The notes beneath the pieces were generated by a model that saw nothing but the letters and a program-made list of their open reading frames with translations, was not told the origin of the DNA and searched no databases. This document shows positions 39,931 to 49,778 of a stretch of 64,000 nt of DNA, piece by piece. Position numbers and translations under genes: made by a program. Source of the DNA: Oscillospiraceae bacterium (lineage in GTDB: Bacteria > Bacillota > Clostridia > Oscillospirales > UBA929); NCBI GenBank assembly GCA_031254195.1, contig JAIRUW010000031.1, positions 29,922 to 93,921 of the forward strand, read 5' to 3'. Each line of letters starts with the position of its first letter. Within the stretch, counting starts at the first letter, position 1.

Positions 39931-40404
39931 ATGCAAAAACAGTTCAAAATGACACAGGAGCGTTATTCCGAGCTGGAAGAGGAGCTGCGCTACCTCAAAA
40001 CGGTGCGTGAGGCGGAAGTCGCCGACCAAATCAAGGAGGCGCGCAAATTCGGTGACCTCTCTGAAAACAGCGAGTACGACGAGGCAAAAAACGAGCAGGG
40101 CAAGGTCTTTTCCCGTATCGCCGAGATCGAAAACATCCTGGCCGGGGCCGTTATCATCCAGACCGGGCATATATCCACCGACACGGTCAGCCCCGGCTGC
40201 CGGGTCATTGTGGAGGATCTCGACAGCGGCGAGCGGGAGGAGTATGCCATTGTGGGCAGCCAGGAAGCCAACCCGATGGAATTCCGAATTTCCGACGAAT
40301 CCCCATTCGGGCAGGCCCTAGTCGGAAAAGCTCCGGGCGCCGAGCTGTCGGTGGATGTACCCGCCGGGAAACTACGGTACCGCATCATTGAAATAAGTGT
40401 TTGA
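39931..40404 (+). CDS. greA: Transcription elongation factor GreA
   Basis: It has 'LRYLKTVREAEVADQIKEARKFGDLSENSEYDEAK', and its C-terminal domain has 'ISDESPFGQALVGK'. ATG 39931 aligns with typical GreA N-termini. Confidence 0.92.
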   Translation: MQKQFKMTQERYSELEEELRYLKTVREAEVADQIKEARKFGDLSENSEYDEAKNEQGKVFSRIAEIENILAGAVIIQTGHISTDTVSPGCRVIVEDLDSGEREEYAIVGSQEANPMEFRISDESPFGQALVGKAPGAELSVDVPAGKLRYRIIEISV

Positions 40405-40411
40405 ACAAACC

Positions 40412-40438
40412 AAAACAGGGCGCGAAGCGCCCTGTTTT
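40412..40438 (+). terminator. Rho-independent terminator-like hairpin between greA and lysS
   Basis: Perfect 12-bp stem AAAACAGGGCGC/GCGCCCTGTTTT with a GAA loop and a trailing T4. It ends 14 nt before the lysS ATG. Confidence 0.7.
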
Positions 40439-40452
40439 GAGAAGGGATCGCC

Positions 40453-41922
40453 ATGGAACATCAAGAGTTGAGCGAGCTTTTGCAAATCAGGCGGGACAAG
40501 CTCTCTGCGCTTCAAGCGGCGGGGCTGGACCCGTACCGCGCCACGCGCTTTGACCGTACCCACCAAGCCGGGGAGGTCAAAGAAAAATTTGAGGAGCTGG
40601 AAGGGCGGACGGTACGCCTCTGCGGGCGGCAGATGTCCAAGCGCGACATGGGCAAAGCCTTTTTTTGCGATTTGCTCGACGTTTCAGGGCGCATACAGCT
40701 CTATGTCAAGGTGGACGAGCTGGGTGAGGAAGCGTTTGAGGCGTTTAAGAAGTGGGACATCGGCGACATCATCGGCGCGGAGGGCGTCGTCTTCCGCACC
40801 CGGCGCGGCGAGATTTCGGTGCATGTCCATACAATAGAGCTTCTCAGCAAAAGCCTGCGCCCGCTGCCGGAGAAATTCCACGGCCTGACCGACGACGAGA
40901 CGCGCTATCGCCAGCGCTATCTCGATCTCATTATGAGCGAGGAATCCCGCAAGGTGTTCACCGTCCGCAGCCGCGTCATATCGGGAATACGCGCCTTTTT
41001 AGACGCGCAGGGCTATCTGGAAGTCGAAACCCCTATCCTCAACACATCGTCGGGGGGTGCCAACGCCCGCCCGTTCCTGACCAAGCACAATGCGCTCAAT
41101 CTCGATATGTATTTGCGTATAGCAACGGAGTTGCCGTTGAAAAAGCTGGTGGTCGGCGGATTTGAAAGAGTGTATGAAATGGGGCGTATCTTCCGCAACG
41201 AGGGGATGGATTCGACGCATAACCCCGAGTTTACCTCTATTGAGTATTATCAGGCGTATGCCGGCTGCAATGAAATGATGGATCTCACCCAGAGCATGAT
41301 TTTGGACGCGGTCAAAACGGCAGGGATTCAAGGGGATTTGACCTTTGGCGGCAAAACGATTCCATGCTCTGACACTTGGCGCCGGATGGATATGATCGAC
41401 GCCGTGCGCGAGGTGACAGGCTTGGATTTCTATACCTTAAACAGTGATGCGGACGCCCACGCGGCGGCGCGTTCTATTGGCGTTGAAAGCAAGCCTGCCG
41501 CCGCTTGGGGCGAGGTATTGTTTGACTGCTTCGATCAAAGAGTGGAAAAGACACTGCTCGAACCGACATTCATCACCCGCCATCCGGTGGAAGTATCGCC
41601 GCTTGCCAAGAGATGTCCCGATGATCCTCGCTTCACAGACCGCTTTGAGTTGTTTATTTTCGGGCGGGAAGTGGCAAACGGTTTTTCTGAGCTCAACGAC
41701 CCGATCGATCAGCGCGAGCGCTTTGCGCGTCAGTCAGCGCTCCGCGCAGACGGGGATGAAGAGGCGCAAATTCCCGATGAGGATTTTCTGCTGGCGCTGG
41801 AGTACGGGTTGCCGCCGACCGGCGGCGTCGGTCTGGGCGTAGACAGGCTGGTCATGCTGCTGACCGACAGCCCGTCGATCCGCGACGCGCTGCTTTTCCC
41901 CACCATGAAACCGATAGAATAA
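40453..41922 (+). CDS. lysS: Lysine--tRNA ligase (class II)
   Basis: 489 aa with an OB-fold N-terminus, 'YLEVETPIL', 'FRNEGMDSTHNPEFTSIEYY' and 'GVGLGVDRLVMLL'. Confidence 0.95.
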   Translation: MEHQELSELLQIRRDKLSALQAAGLDPYRATRFDRTHQAGEVKEKFEELEGRTVRLCGRQMSKRDMGKAFFCDLLDVSGRIQLYVKVDELGEEAFEAFKKWDIGDIIGAEGVVFRTRRGEISVHVHTIELLSKSLRPLPEKFHGLTDDETRYRQRYLDLIMSEESRKVFTVRSRVISGIRAFLDAQGYLEVETPILNTSSGGANARPFLTKHNALNLDMYLRIATELPLKKLVVGGFERVYEMGRIFRNEGMDSTHNPEFTSIEYYQAYAGCNEMMDLTQSMILDAVKTAGIQGDLTFGGKTIPCSDTWRRMDMIDAVREVTGLDFYTLNSDADAHAAARSIGVESKPAAAWGEVLFDCFDQRVEKTLLEPTFITRHPVEVSPLAKRCPDDPRFTDRFELFIFGREVANGFSELNDPIDQRERFARQSALRADGDEEAQIPDEDFLLALEYGLPPTGGVGLGVDRLVMLLTDSPSIRDALLFPTMKPIE

Positions 41923-41937
41923 GAGGGTCTGCCGGTT

Positions 41938-42663
41938 ATGATGACGTATTGCCAGAATTGCGGCAGGGCATTGTCCGGGCAGACGAGCATCTGCCTCCAT
42001 TGCCAAGAGCCGGTGGAAAAAAACACGGTCCAGGAAACAGCCCCTTTGGGACAGCCCGAAGCCGGCAGGGGGATTTTATACTGGCTGACCAATGTTTTCT
42101 GGTACCACTACAGGGTACACACCATTGTTGTGGCGTTTGCCGTCCTTGTCGCCGCCTTCTCCATCTATTCTGCTGTCACAAGAGAAGAAACGGACTTTGT
42201 CTTCATCGTCGCGTCTGAGCAGCCGGTGTCCGATATGCAGGGGGAGGCGCTGAGCGGGTTTTGGGCGGAGCATGTGGATAGCGTGACCAACCTCGGCTAC
42301 AGCGTCCTGTACCTGGGCGAGATTAGTGAGCAAACCATGGCCGGATGGCAGCTTTTCCAGATTGGAATGATTGGTGAGGAATACAGCCTCTTTATCATCG
42401 GCGAAAGCATGATCGGTGCGCTGGAAGAAAACATCATGATCTTTTACACCGCCGAAGAGCTGGGACTGCCCTCCGCTGGCCCCCTGCCCGAACTGATTCC
42501 GCTGGCCGGCGTTTCGGTGATGGAGGAGCTGTATTTTACCTTTGAGCCGATGTACGCGCTGGTCAAGCGCCCCTACTATGACCGCGGCGGCTCCTTTACG
42601 CCGGACACGGTGGCGCGGAGCGAAATGGCCCGCGACTGCGTAAAGGCGTTATTGGGGTCGTAA
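41938..42663 (+). CDS. Hypothetical zinc-ribbon membrane protein
   Basis: It has an N-terminal 'CQNCGRALSGQTSICLHC' followed by a single TM segment and an extracytoplasmic domain. Confidence 0.6.
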   Translation: MMTYCQNCGRALSGQTSICLHCQEPVEKNTVQETAPLGQPEAGRGILYWLTNVFWYHYRVHTIVVAFAVLVAAFSIYSAVTREETDFVFIVASEQPVSDMQGEALSGFWAEHVDSVTNLGYSVLYLGEISEQTMAGWQLFQIGMIGEEYSLFIIGESMIGALEENIMIFYTAEELGLPSAGPLPELIPLAGVSVMEELYFTFEPMYALVKRPYYDRGGSFTPDTVARSEMARDCVKALLGS

Positions 42664-42664
42664 C

Positions 42665-43378
42665 ATGTTGATTACTTCCCGCCAAAACCCGCTGGTCAAG
42701 CATATCCGGCGTCTGGGCGCCGACGCGGCGTACCGCCGTGAACAGGGCCTGTACCTCGCCGACGGGCGCAAACTGCTGGACGACGCGCTTCGGAGCGGCG
42801 TTCGCATCGCACAGGCGGTCTTCACCGAGGGCATATCGCCGCCGGCCTTATCGGATACGGAGGTCATAACCGTACCCAAAGAGCTGATGGGAGCAATCTC
42901 GCCGCTGGAGACCCCGCAAGGCGTATTATTCGTATGCCCCATCCCCGCGCCGCCCCCCGCGCCGCGAAGCGGCCGCTGGCTGCTTCTCGACCGCGTGCAG
43001 GATCCCGGCAATGTCGGATCCATCCTCCGCACCGCCGAAGCGTTCGGACTGGACGGCGTGCTGCTGTTCCCCGGCTGTGCCGACCCGTTTTCGCCCAAAG
43101 CTGTCCGGGCTTCGATGGGCGCGGTGTTCCGGCTTCCTGTGGGGAACGCGGAGAGTACGCTGCCGCTGATGGTGGCGGACATAGACGGGCCTGCCGTATC
43201 CGTATTTCCAAAAGACTGCGTCGTCGCTCTGGGCAACGAGGGGCAGGGCGTCAGCCCCGAACTGAAAAGCCGCGCGGACGCGATCATCTCGATCCCCATG
43301 CCGGGCCGGGCCGAATCGCTGGGAGTCGCGGCGGCGGCGGCGATTCTATGCTGGGAGATGAGTAAATGTCGGCATTGA
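42665..43378 (+). CDS. TrmH/SpoU-family RNA 2'-O-methyltransferase
   Basis: 237 aa with 'DRVQDPGNVGSILRTAEAFG', 'LGNEGQGVS' and 'IPMPGRAESLGVAAAAAI'. Confidence 0.87.
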   Translation: MLITSRQNPLVKHIRRLGADAAYRREQGLYLADGRKLLDDALRSGVRIAQAVFTEGISPPALSDTEVITVPKELMGAISPLETPQGVLFVCPIPAPPPAPRSGRWLLLDRVQDPGNVGSILRTAEAFGLDGVLLFPGCADPFSPKAVRASMGAVFRLPVGNAESTLPLMVADIDGPAVSVFPKDCVVALGNEGQGVSPELKSRADAIISIPMPGRAESLGVAAAAAILCWEMSKCRH

Positions 43379-44559
43379 AATACTGGCTTTGGCTTTCCTC
43401 CATGCGGGGGTTGGGCCAGACGCGCGCCGCGGCCCTGATCGACGCGCTGGGCAGCCCTGAGAACGTCTTTTTCGCCGGAGAGGATGAGTGGCGGGAAGCC
43501 GCCGACCTGCCGGAGCAGGCGCTCAAAGAGCTGCAAAATAAATCCACCGACCGCGCCGAGCGCATCTTAGAGCTGTGCGACCGTGCCAACACGCGCATCC
43601 TCACCATGCAGGACGCATCCTATCCCGAGCGGCTGCGCGCCCTGCACGCGCCGCCCTGCGTGCTCTACTATAAGGGGCAGCTCCCCTCCATCGACGAGGA
43701 AGCGGCCCTGGCTGTCGTCGGTACGCGCAACCCCACCGCCTACGGGCAGAACGCGGCGCTGAAGCTGTGCTATCAGCTCGCGATGAGCGGGATGCTGATT
43801 GTATCGGGGCTGGCGAAGGGCGTGGACGCGGCGGCGCACCTGGGTGCTCTGCGGGCGGGCAAGCCCACCGTCGCCGTGCTGGGGTGCGGGACCGACGTGG
43901 TCTATCCGGCGGAAAACCGCGAATTATATGAGGACGTCATTGCGGCGGGGCTCCTTCTCTCGGAATACCCGCCCGGGACGCGCGCCGAAGGGCCGCACTT
44001 TCCGGCCCGCAACCGCATCATGTCCGGCCTGTCGCTGGGCGTTATGGTGGTGGAGGCTCCCATGGGCAGCGGTGCGCTGATCACCGCGTCGCACGCGCTG
44101 GAGCAGGGGCGTGACGTCTTTGCCGTGCCCGGCGGCATCGACAGCCGGGAGTCGGAGGGCTGTCACCGCCTCATCCGCGAGGGAGCCATTTTAGCCGCGC
44201 GGGCCGAGGATGTCTGCTCCGAATATCAGGCGCTTTTCCCACATAAGCTAACCATGGCCGCGCCGCGGCCGCCCCGGTACATGCCCCGGCTCCCGAAGCC
44301 ATCCGCGGACGAGAAGGCATTGCCGGAAAATGATACACAGCCTGTTACAGTCATTGACCTGACGGAGCGCGTCAAAGGCCACTCGCCCGACCAGCAGCGG
44401 ATTTTACTCGCCATCGCCAAAAACGCCATGGTAGCGGATGAAATCATCGAAATCACCGGACTGCCCGCCCCGCTCGTATTGAGCGAGCTGACCATGCTGG
44501 AGCTGGACGGGATCGTGGCGCAGATGCCGGGCCGGAGATATACATTAAACCTGACATAA
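43366..44559 (+). CDS. dprA: DNA processing/protecting protein DprA (Smf)
   Basis: 397 aa with 'VVGTRNPTAYG', 'SGLAKGVDAAAH' and 'FPARNRIMSGLS', plus a C-terminal winged-helix extension. Confidence 0.9.
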   Translation: MSALKYWLWLSSMRGLGQTRAAALIDALGSPENVFFAGEDEWREAADLPEQALKELQNKSTDRAERILELCDRANTRILTMQDASYPERLRALHAPPCVLYYKGQLPSIDEEAALAVVGTRNPTAYGQNAALKLCYQLAMSGMLIVSGLAKGVDAAAHLGALRAGKPTVAVLGCGTDVVYPAENRELYEDVIAAGLLLSEYPPGTRAEGPHFPARNRIMSGLSLGVMVVEAPMGSGALITASHALEQGRDVFAVPGGIDSRESEGCHRLIREGAILAARAEDVCSEYQALFPHKLTMAAPRPPRYMPRLPKPSADEKALPENDTQPVTVIDLTERVKGHSPDQQRILLAIAKNAMVADEIIEITGLPAPLVLSELTMLELDGIVAQMPGRRYTLNLT

Positions 44560-44573
44560 ACCGGAGGGACAGA

Positions 44574-46799
44574 ATGTCAAAACTGATTATCGTGGAATCG
44601 CCCGCCAAAGCGCGGACGATCGGGCAATATTTGGGCAAGGAATACACCGTCATGGCCACCATGGGCCATTTGCGCGACCTGCCTAAAAGCGGCAAGGGCA
44701 TCGACGAAGGGTTTGTCCTGCGGTATGTCCCCATCGAGGGCAAGGAGGACACCATCAAGAAACTCAAAACGGCGGCGGACAAAAGCGAAAGCGTCTATCT
44801 TGCCACCGACCCCGACCGCGAGGGTGAGGCCATCTCATGGCATGTCAAAGAACTGCTCGGCCTGAACGACAGCGCCGTACACCGCGTGGCGTTCAATGAG
44901 ATCACCAAAAAGGAAGTCCAAAAGGCCATCAACTCCCCGCGCGGCATCGACTATCCGCTGGTGGACGCCCAGCAGGCCCGCCGCGCCCTCGACCGCATCG
45001 TGGGTTATGAGATTTCTCCTTTGCTGTGGCGCAAGATCAAAAGCGGGCTGTCGGCGGGACGGGTGCAGTCGGTGGCGACGCGCCTGGTCGTTGACCGCGA
45101 AGCCGAACGCCGCGCGTTTGTGCCGGAGGAGTATTGGTCGATCACCGTTACATTGAGCCGTGTCAAAGGCGCGGGAGAGTTTGAGGCGGCGTATTTTGGG
45201 CCCGAGGGGAGCAAAAAGGCGGAGATTTCCAACGAAGAGGCGGCCAGCGCCATCCTCCAAAAGATCAGAAACGCCCCCTTTTCGGTCAAATCGGTGACGC
45301 ACAGCGAAAAGAAGCGTTCCCCCGCCCCGCCGTTTTCCACCTCGACGCTGCAACAGGAGGCGTCGAGCCGCCTCGGGCTGTCGCCGCGCCGCGCCATGGC
45401 CGTGGCACAGCAATTGTATGAGGGGATAGAGATCGAAGGGCACGGGCTGACCGGCCTGATTACCTACATGCGAACCGACAGCCTCCGCCTCTCCGACGAA
45501 GCCGTTGCCGACGCGCGCTCATTTATCGGCTCGCGCTACGGCAAGGAGTATCTTCCCGCGTCTCCCCGCGTCTACAAATCCAAGGGCAACGCGCAGGACG
45601 CTCATGAAGCCATCCGTCCCAGCCACATCGAACTGCCGCCGGAAGCCGTGCGCGGCAGCTTAAACGACGAGCAATATAAATTATACAAACTCATCTGGAG
45701 CCGCTTTTTAGCCTGCCAGATGCAAAGCGCGATCTATGACCTGCTGACCATCGACAGCGTGTCGGCCGGCGAGGTGTTCCGCGCCAACCATACCACACAG
45801 GTCTTTGCCGGGTTTACCGCCGTCTATGACTATGGCCGCGAGGAACCGGGAGCGTCCCTGCCGCAACTTTCCGAAGGCGAGCCGCTATCCCTTTTGGATG
45901 CCGTGCCCGCCCAGCACTTCACCAAACCTCCCGCGCGGTATACCGAGGCGACGCTGATTCGCGCGATGGAGGAACAGGGTATCGGGCGGCCCAGCACCTA
46001 TGCCCCCACCCTTTCCACCATCACCGACCGCGAGTATGTGCTGCGGGAGGACAAGCAGCTGCGCCCCACGCCGCTGGGCGAGGTGCTGACCGGGTATATG
46101 AAGGACAGGTTTTCTTATATTGTCGATGTGGCTTTTACCGCGCATATGGAGGAGAGCCTTGACGAGATCGAGCAGGGGAAAAAAGACTGGAAGTCCATGC
46201 TCAAGACCTTCTATGACGCCTTTTCCGTAACGCGGGACGACGCGGAGGCCGACCTGCAAAACGGGCGGATTCGCATCCCCGACGAGCCGACCGATCAGAT
46301 CTGCGACCTCTGCGGAAAGCCGATGGCCATTAAAATGGGACGGTTTGGGCGCTATATTGCCTGCACCGGCTACCCTGACTGCAAAAACACCCGCCCGCTC
46401 AGCACGCCCGCCGACGGCGCGTGCCCGCTTTGCGGCGGGACGATTTTGAAAAAAAAGTCCAAAAAAGGATATTCATATTACGGCTGTGAGAAACACCCCG
46501 GATGCTCCTTCATGACATGGGACACGCCACAGAAGACCAACTGCCCCGACTGCGGCAAGACCCTCTTCCGCGTGCGTTATCAAAAAGTCCCCATCTGCGA
46601 GAATCCAGACTGCAAGTCGTTTGTGCCGGAGGAAAACCGCGGGTACAAGAAGAAAGAAGAGGCGTCCGGCACAGATCAAAAACCGGCTGCCAAAAGAAAA
46701 ACCGCCACAACAAAGAAACCCGCTGCGGCAAAGAAGACTTCCGCGAAGAAAAAGACTACCGTGACAAAAAAGACGCCCGCAAAAAAAAGCGCAAAGTGA
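44574..46799 (+). CDS. topA: DNA topoisomerase I
   Basis: 741 aa with the Toprim 'LIIVESPAKA', 'ATDPDREGEAISWH' and active-site 'GLITYMRTDS'. It has C4 zinc-ribbon repeats and a Lys-rich tail. Confidence 0.96.
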   Translation: MSKLIIVESPAKARTIGQYLGKEYTVMATMGHLRDLPKSGKGIDEGFVLRYVPIEGKEDTIKKLKTAADKSESVYLATDPDREGEAISWHVKELLGLNDSAVHRVAFNEITKKEVQKAINSPRGIDYPLVDAQQARRALDRIVGYEISPLLWRKIKSGLSAGRVQSVATRLVVDREAERRAFVPEEYWSITVTLSRVKGAGEFEAAYFGPEGSKKAEISNEEAASAILQKIRNAPFSVKSVTHSEKKRSPAPPFSTSTLQQEASSRLGLSPRRAMAVAQQLYEGIEIEGHGLTGLITYMRTDSLRLSDEAVADARSFIGSRYGKEYLPASPRVYKSKGNAQDAHEAIRPSHIELPPEAVRGSLNDEQYKLYKLIWSRFLACQMQSAIYDLLTIDSVSAGEVFRANHTTQVFAGFTAVYDYGREEPGASLPQLSEGEPLSLLDAVPAQHFTKPPARYTEATLIRAMEEQGIGRPSTYAPTLSTITDREYVLREDKQLRPTPLGEVLTGYMKDRFSYIVDVAFTAHMEESLDEIEQGKKDWKSMLKTFYDAFSVTRDDAEADLQNGRIRIPDEPTDQICDLCGKPMAIKMGRFGRYIACTGYPDCKNTRPLSTPADGACPLCGGTILKKKSKKGYSYYGCEKHPGCSFMTWDTPQKTNCPDCGKTLFRVRYQKVPICENPDCKSFVPEENRGYKKKEEASGTDQKPAAKRKTATTKKPAAAKKTSAKKKTTVTKKTPAKKSAK

Positions 46800-48076
46800 C
46801 CACCGTCATCGGAGCCGGGCTTGCCGGCTGTGAGGCGGCTTGGCAGTGCGCGGAGCGCGGCGAGCCGGTCACGCTGGTAGAGATGAAGCCTCTCCGCCGC
46901 TCGCCCGCGCACCGGTCTGATGATTTTGCCGAGCTGGTCTGCTCCAACTCCCTGCGCGGCGACCGTTTGGAGAACGCGGCGGGGCTTCTCAAAGAAGAAT
47001 TACGCCGCTTAAACAGCCTCATCCTGCGCTGTGCCGACCAAACCCGCGTCCCCGCCGGGGGAGCGCTGGCGGTTGACCGGGAGGCGTTTTCCAAGGCTGT
47101 GACGGGCGCCATCCGCTCCCACCCGCTGATCACCGTCGAGGCGGGCGAGGCTATGAGCATCCCCAAAGAGGGACAGGCCGTCATTGCGACCGGCCCGCTG
47201 ACCGACGGTGCGTTGGCGGCAGACATACAAGCCTTTTTAGGCGGCGGACAAGCCTTGTCCTTCTACGACGCGTCCGCGCCTTTAATTGCCGCCGAGAGTA
47301 TCGACATGCGCTATGCTTACGAGGCCGCGCGGTACGGGCGCGGCGACGCGGATTATATCAACTGCCCGATGTCGAAGGAAGAGTATCTCCTCTTCCGCGA
47401 GGAGCTTGCCGTCGCCAAAGAGGCCCCGGTGCATGGGTTTGAGGACAGCCGTGTCTTTGAGGGATGTATGCCCGTTGAGGTCATGGCGCGGCGCGGACCG
47501 GATACGTTGCGCTTCTCCGCCATGCGCCCGATCGGGTTGCGCGACCCCTCCTCCGGCAAGGGGGCTTACGCCGTTTTACAGCTTCGGCGTGACAATGCCG
47601 CCGGGACGGTGTATAATATGGTAGGGTTTCAAACGCATTTGACCTTCCCGGAGCAGAAACGCGTCTTTTCGATAATCCCCGCCCTGCGAAACGCGGAGTT
47701 CTTACAGTACGGCGTCATGCACCGCAACAGCTATATCGACTCGCCCCGGCTCTTAAACAGCCGGTACGGGGCCATCCGTGACCCGAGAGTGCGGTTCGCC
47801 GGGCAAATCACCGGTGTGGAGGGGTATATCGAGTCCGTGGCGTCGGGGCTGGCGGCCGGGCTCCAAAGGGCTTTCCCCCGCGAAACGGCCATCGGCGCGC
47901 TGGCGGCCTATATCTCCAACCCGGCAAATGACCCTTTTCAACCAACGAAGATCCATTTCGGACTGCTCCCTCCCCTGCCGGAACATCAGATGGTAAGGGA
48001 TAAGCAGGAAAAATGCAGGCGCTTATCGGCAAGGGCGCTGCAAACATTGGAGGCTTTCCTATGCGCATCCTCGTAG
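46796..48076 (+). CDS. trmFO: Methylenetetrahydrofolate--tRNA-(uracil54-C5)-methyltransferase TrmFO
   Basis: GTG 46796 overlaps the topA stop. It has the FAD motif 'VIGAGLAGCEAAWQ' and 'VCSNSLR'. The ORF-track N-terminus (46502) is an out-of-frame overlap with topA. Confidence 0.9.
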   Translation: MTTVIGAGLAGCEAAWQCAERGEPVTLVEMKPLRRSPAHRSDDFAELVCSNSLRGDRLENAAGLLKEELRRLNSLILRCADQTRVPAGGALAVDREAFSKAVTGAIRSHPLITVEAGEAMSIPKEGQAVIATGPLTDGALAADIQAFLGGGQALSFYDASAPLIAAESIDMRYAYEAARYGRGDADYINCPMSKEEYLLFREELAVAKEAPVHGFEDSRVFEGCMPVEVMARRGPDTLRFSAMRPIGLRDPSSGKGAYAVLQLRRDNAAGTVYNMVGFQTHLTFPEQKRVFSIIPALRNAEFLQYGVMHRNSYIDSPRLLNSRYGAIRDPRVRFAGQITGVEGYIESVASGLAAGLQRAFPRETAIGALAAYISNPANDPFQPTKIHFGLLPPLPEHQMVRDKQEKCRRLSARALQTLEAFLCASS

Positions 48077-49089
48077 ACGCGATGGGGGGGGACAACGCCC
48101 CCCATGAAATCGTGTTAGGCGCGATACAGGCAACGGAAGAACTTGGCGTAGAAGTGACATTGATAGGGCGCGGTGAGGACATTTTAACCGCGCTGCGCGG
48201 GCACGGGCATAACGATTTGCCCAAAGGCGTCTCCGTCTCTCACGCCTCGCAGGTGGTGGAGATGACCGACAGCCCGGCGGCAAGCGGCAAAGAGAAGCCC
48301 GACTCGTCGATGGCGGTGGGGCTGAGGATGCTGGCCGCCGGGGAGGGCGACGCTTTCGTGTCGGCGGGCAACACCGGCGCGCTGCTGGCGGGGGCAATCC
48401 TGACGGTAAAACGCATCAAAGGCGTCAAGCGGGCGGCGCTAGCCCCCATCGTCCCGACAAAGGCGGGCGGCGCGATTTTGATAGACTGCGGCGCGAACCT
48501 TGAGTGCAAGCCGGAATATCTGCTGCAATTCGGGACCATGGGCTCGCTTTACGCGCAGAAAGCGCTGGGGATCAAGACCCCGCGCGTCGGGCTGCTCAAC
48601 ATCGGCGCCGAGGAGACCAAAGGCCCGGAGCTGCTCAAAGAGGCTTACCCATTGCTCTCCGAAGCGGGGCGCAGGGGGGTCATACAGTTTATAGGCAACA
48701 TTGAGGGGCGCGACGCGGCGTTCGGCGCGGCCGACGTGATCGTGAGCGACGGCTACGCGGGCAATATCTTTCTCAAGACGATGGAGGGTGTGGGGCTGTT
48801 TTTCGCCGACACACTTAAGGGCCTTTTCTATAAAAATGCCCTAACCAAAATTTCCGCGCTGATTGTCAAGGACGGGCTGCGGGCTTTCAAAAAAACGCTG
48901 GACTACACCGAAACGGGCGGCTCTCCCCTTTTGGGCCTGCAAAAACCCGTCATCAAAGCGCATGGAAGCTCCAACGCCAAGGCGATGAAAAACGCCATCC
49001 GCCAGGCGCGGGATTTCGCCGCCGGGAACGCGATCCCGGCGATTACGGAAAGCATAGCCGCTTTCACAGCGGAAGATAACCCGGCATGA
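48061..49089 (+). CDS. plsX: Phosphate acyltransferase PlsX
   Basis: It has 'MRILVDAMGGDNAP', 'SAGNTGAL' and 'LLGLQKPVIKAHGSS'. Confidence 0.92.
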   Translation: MRILVDAMGGDNAPHEIVLGAIQATEELGVEVTLIGRGEDILTALRGHGHNDLPKGVSVSHASQVVEMTDSPAASGKEKPDSSMAVGLRMLAAGEGDAFVSAGNTGALLAGAILTVKRIKGVKRAALAPIVPTKAGGAILIDCGANLECKPEYLLQFGTMGSLYAQKALGIKTPRVGLLNIGAEETKGPELLKEAYPLLSEAGRRGVIQFIGNIEGRDAAFGAADVIVSDGYAGNIFLKTMEGVGLFFADTLKGLFYKNALTKISALIVKDGLRAFKKTLDYTETGGSPLLGLQKPVIKAHGSSNAKAMKNAIRQARDFAAGNAIPAITESIAAFTAEDNPA

Positions 49090-49736
49090 CCATTGCGGGG
49101 TACGCGTTCAAAGACCCGTTTCTGCTGGAGACGGCGCTGACGCACAGCTCGTATGCCAACGAGCGGCCTAAAACACCGTATAACGAGCGGCTGGAATTTT
49201 TAGGCGACGCCGTGCTGGGGCTTATCGCGGCGGAGTATTTATATAGCGGGCATCCCGACATGCCGGAGGGAGAGCTGACCAAACTGCGGGCGGGGTATGT
49301 CTGCGAGCAGAGCCTTGCCGCCGCCGCCAGGCGTTTGGGGCTGGGCGATTTGCTCCGCTTGGGGCGCGGAGAAAAAGCCGACGGCGGGGACGCGAGGGAT
49401 TCTATCCTCGCCGACGCGTTTGAGGCGGTTTTGGCCGCGATGTACTTGGACGGAGGGTGGGAGCCTTGCCGTAAAATGGTCGGGGAAGCGGTGTTCAGCC
49501 GCCCGCCGGCTGTGCCTGTACGTGACGCGAAATCCAGATTGCAGGAGGTCTTGCAGGGGCAGGGTAAGCCGGGGCCGGAGTACCGCACGGTAAGCGAGAG
49601 CGGCCCGGATCATAAGAAGACGTTTATAGTGGAAGTGTTCATAGACGGCCGTTCCGTCGCGCGGGGTACGGGACGCAGCAAAAAACAGGCGGAGATGGAA
49701 GCGGCGGAGAAGGCGCTGAACAGAAACTCCTTATAG
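49086..49736 (+). CDS. rnc: Ribonuclease III
   Basis: 216 aa with the signature 'NERLEFLGDAVLG' and a C-terminal dsRBD with 'GRSKKQAEMEAA'. Confidence 0.93.
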   Translation: MTIAGYAFKDPFLLETALTHSSYANERPKTPYNERLEFLGDAVLGLIAAEYLYSGHPDMPEGELTKLRAGYVCEQSLAAAARRLGLGDLLRLGRGEKADGGDARDSILADAFEAVLAAMYLDGGWEPCRKMVGEAVFSRPPAVPVRDAKSRLQEVLQGQGKPGPEYRTVSESGPDHKKTFIVEVFIDGRSVARGTGRSKKQAEMEAAEKALNRNSL

Positions 49737-49778
49737 ACTGGCTGTATTCAAACTATACAATAGGCAGGTGAGCGCGGT

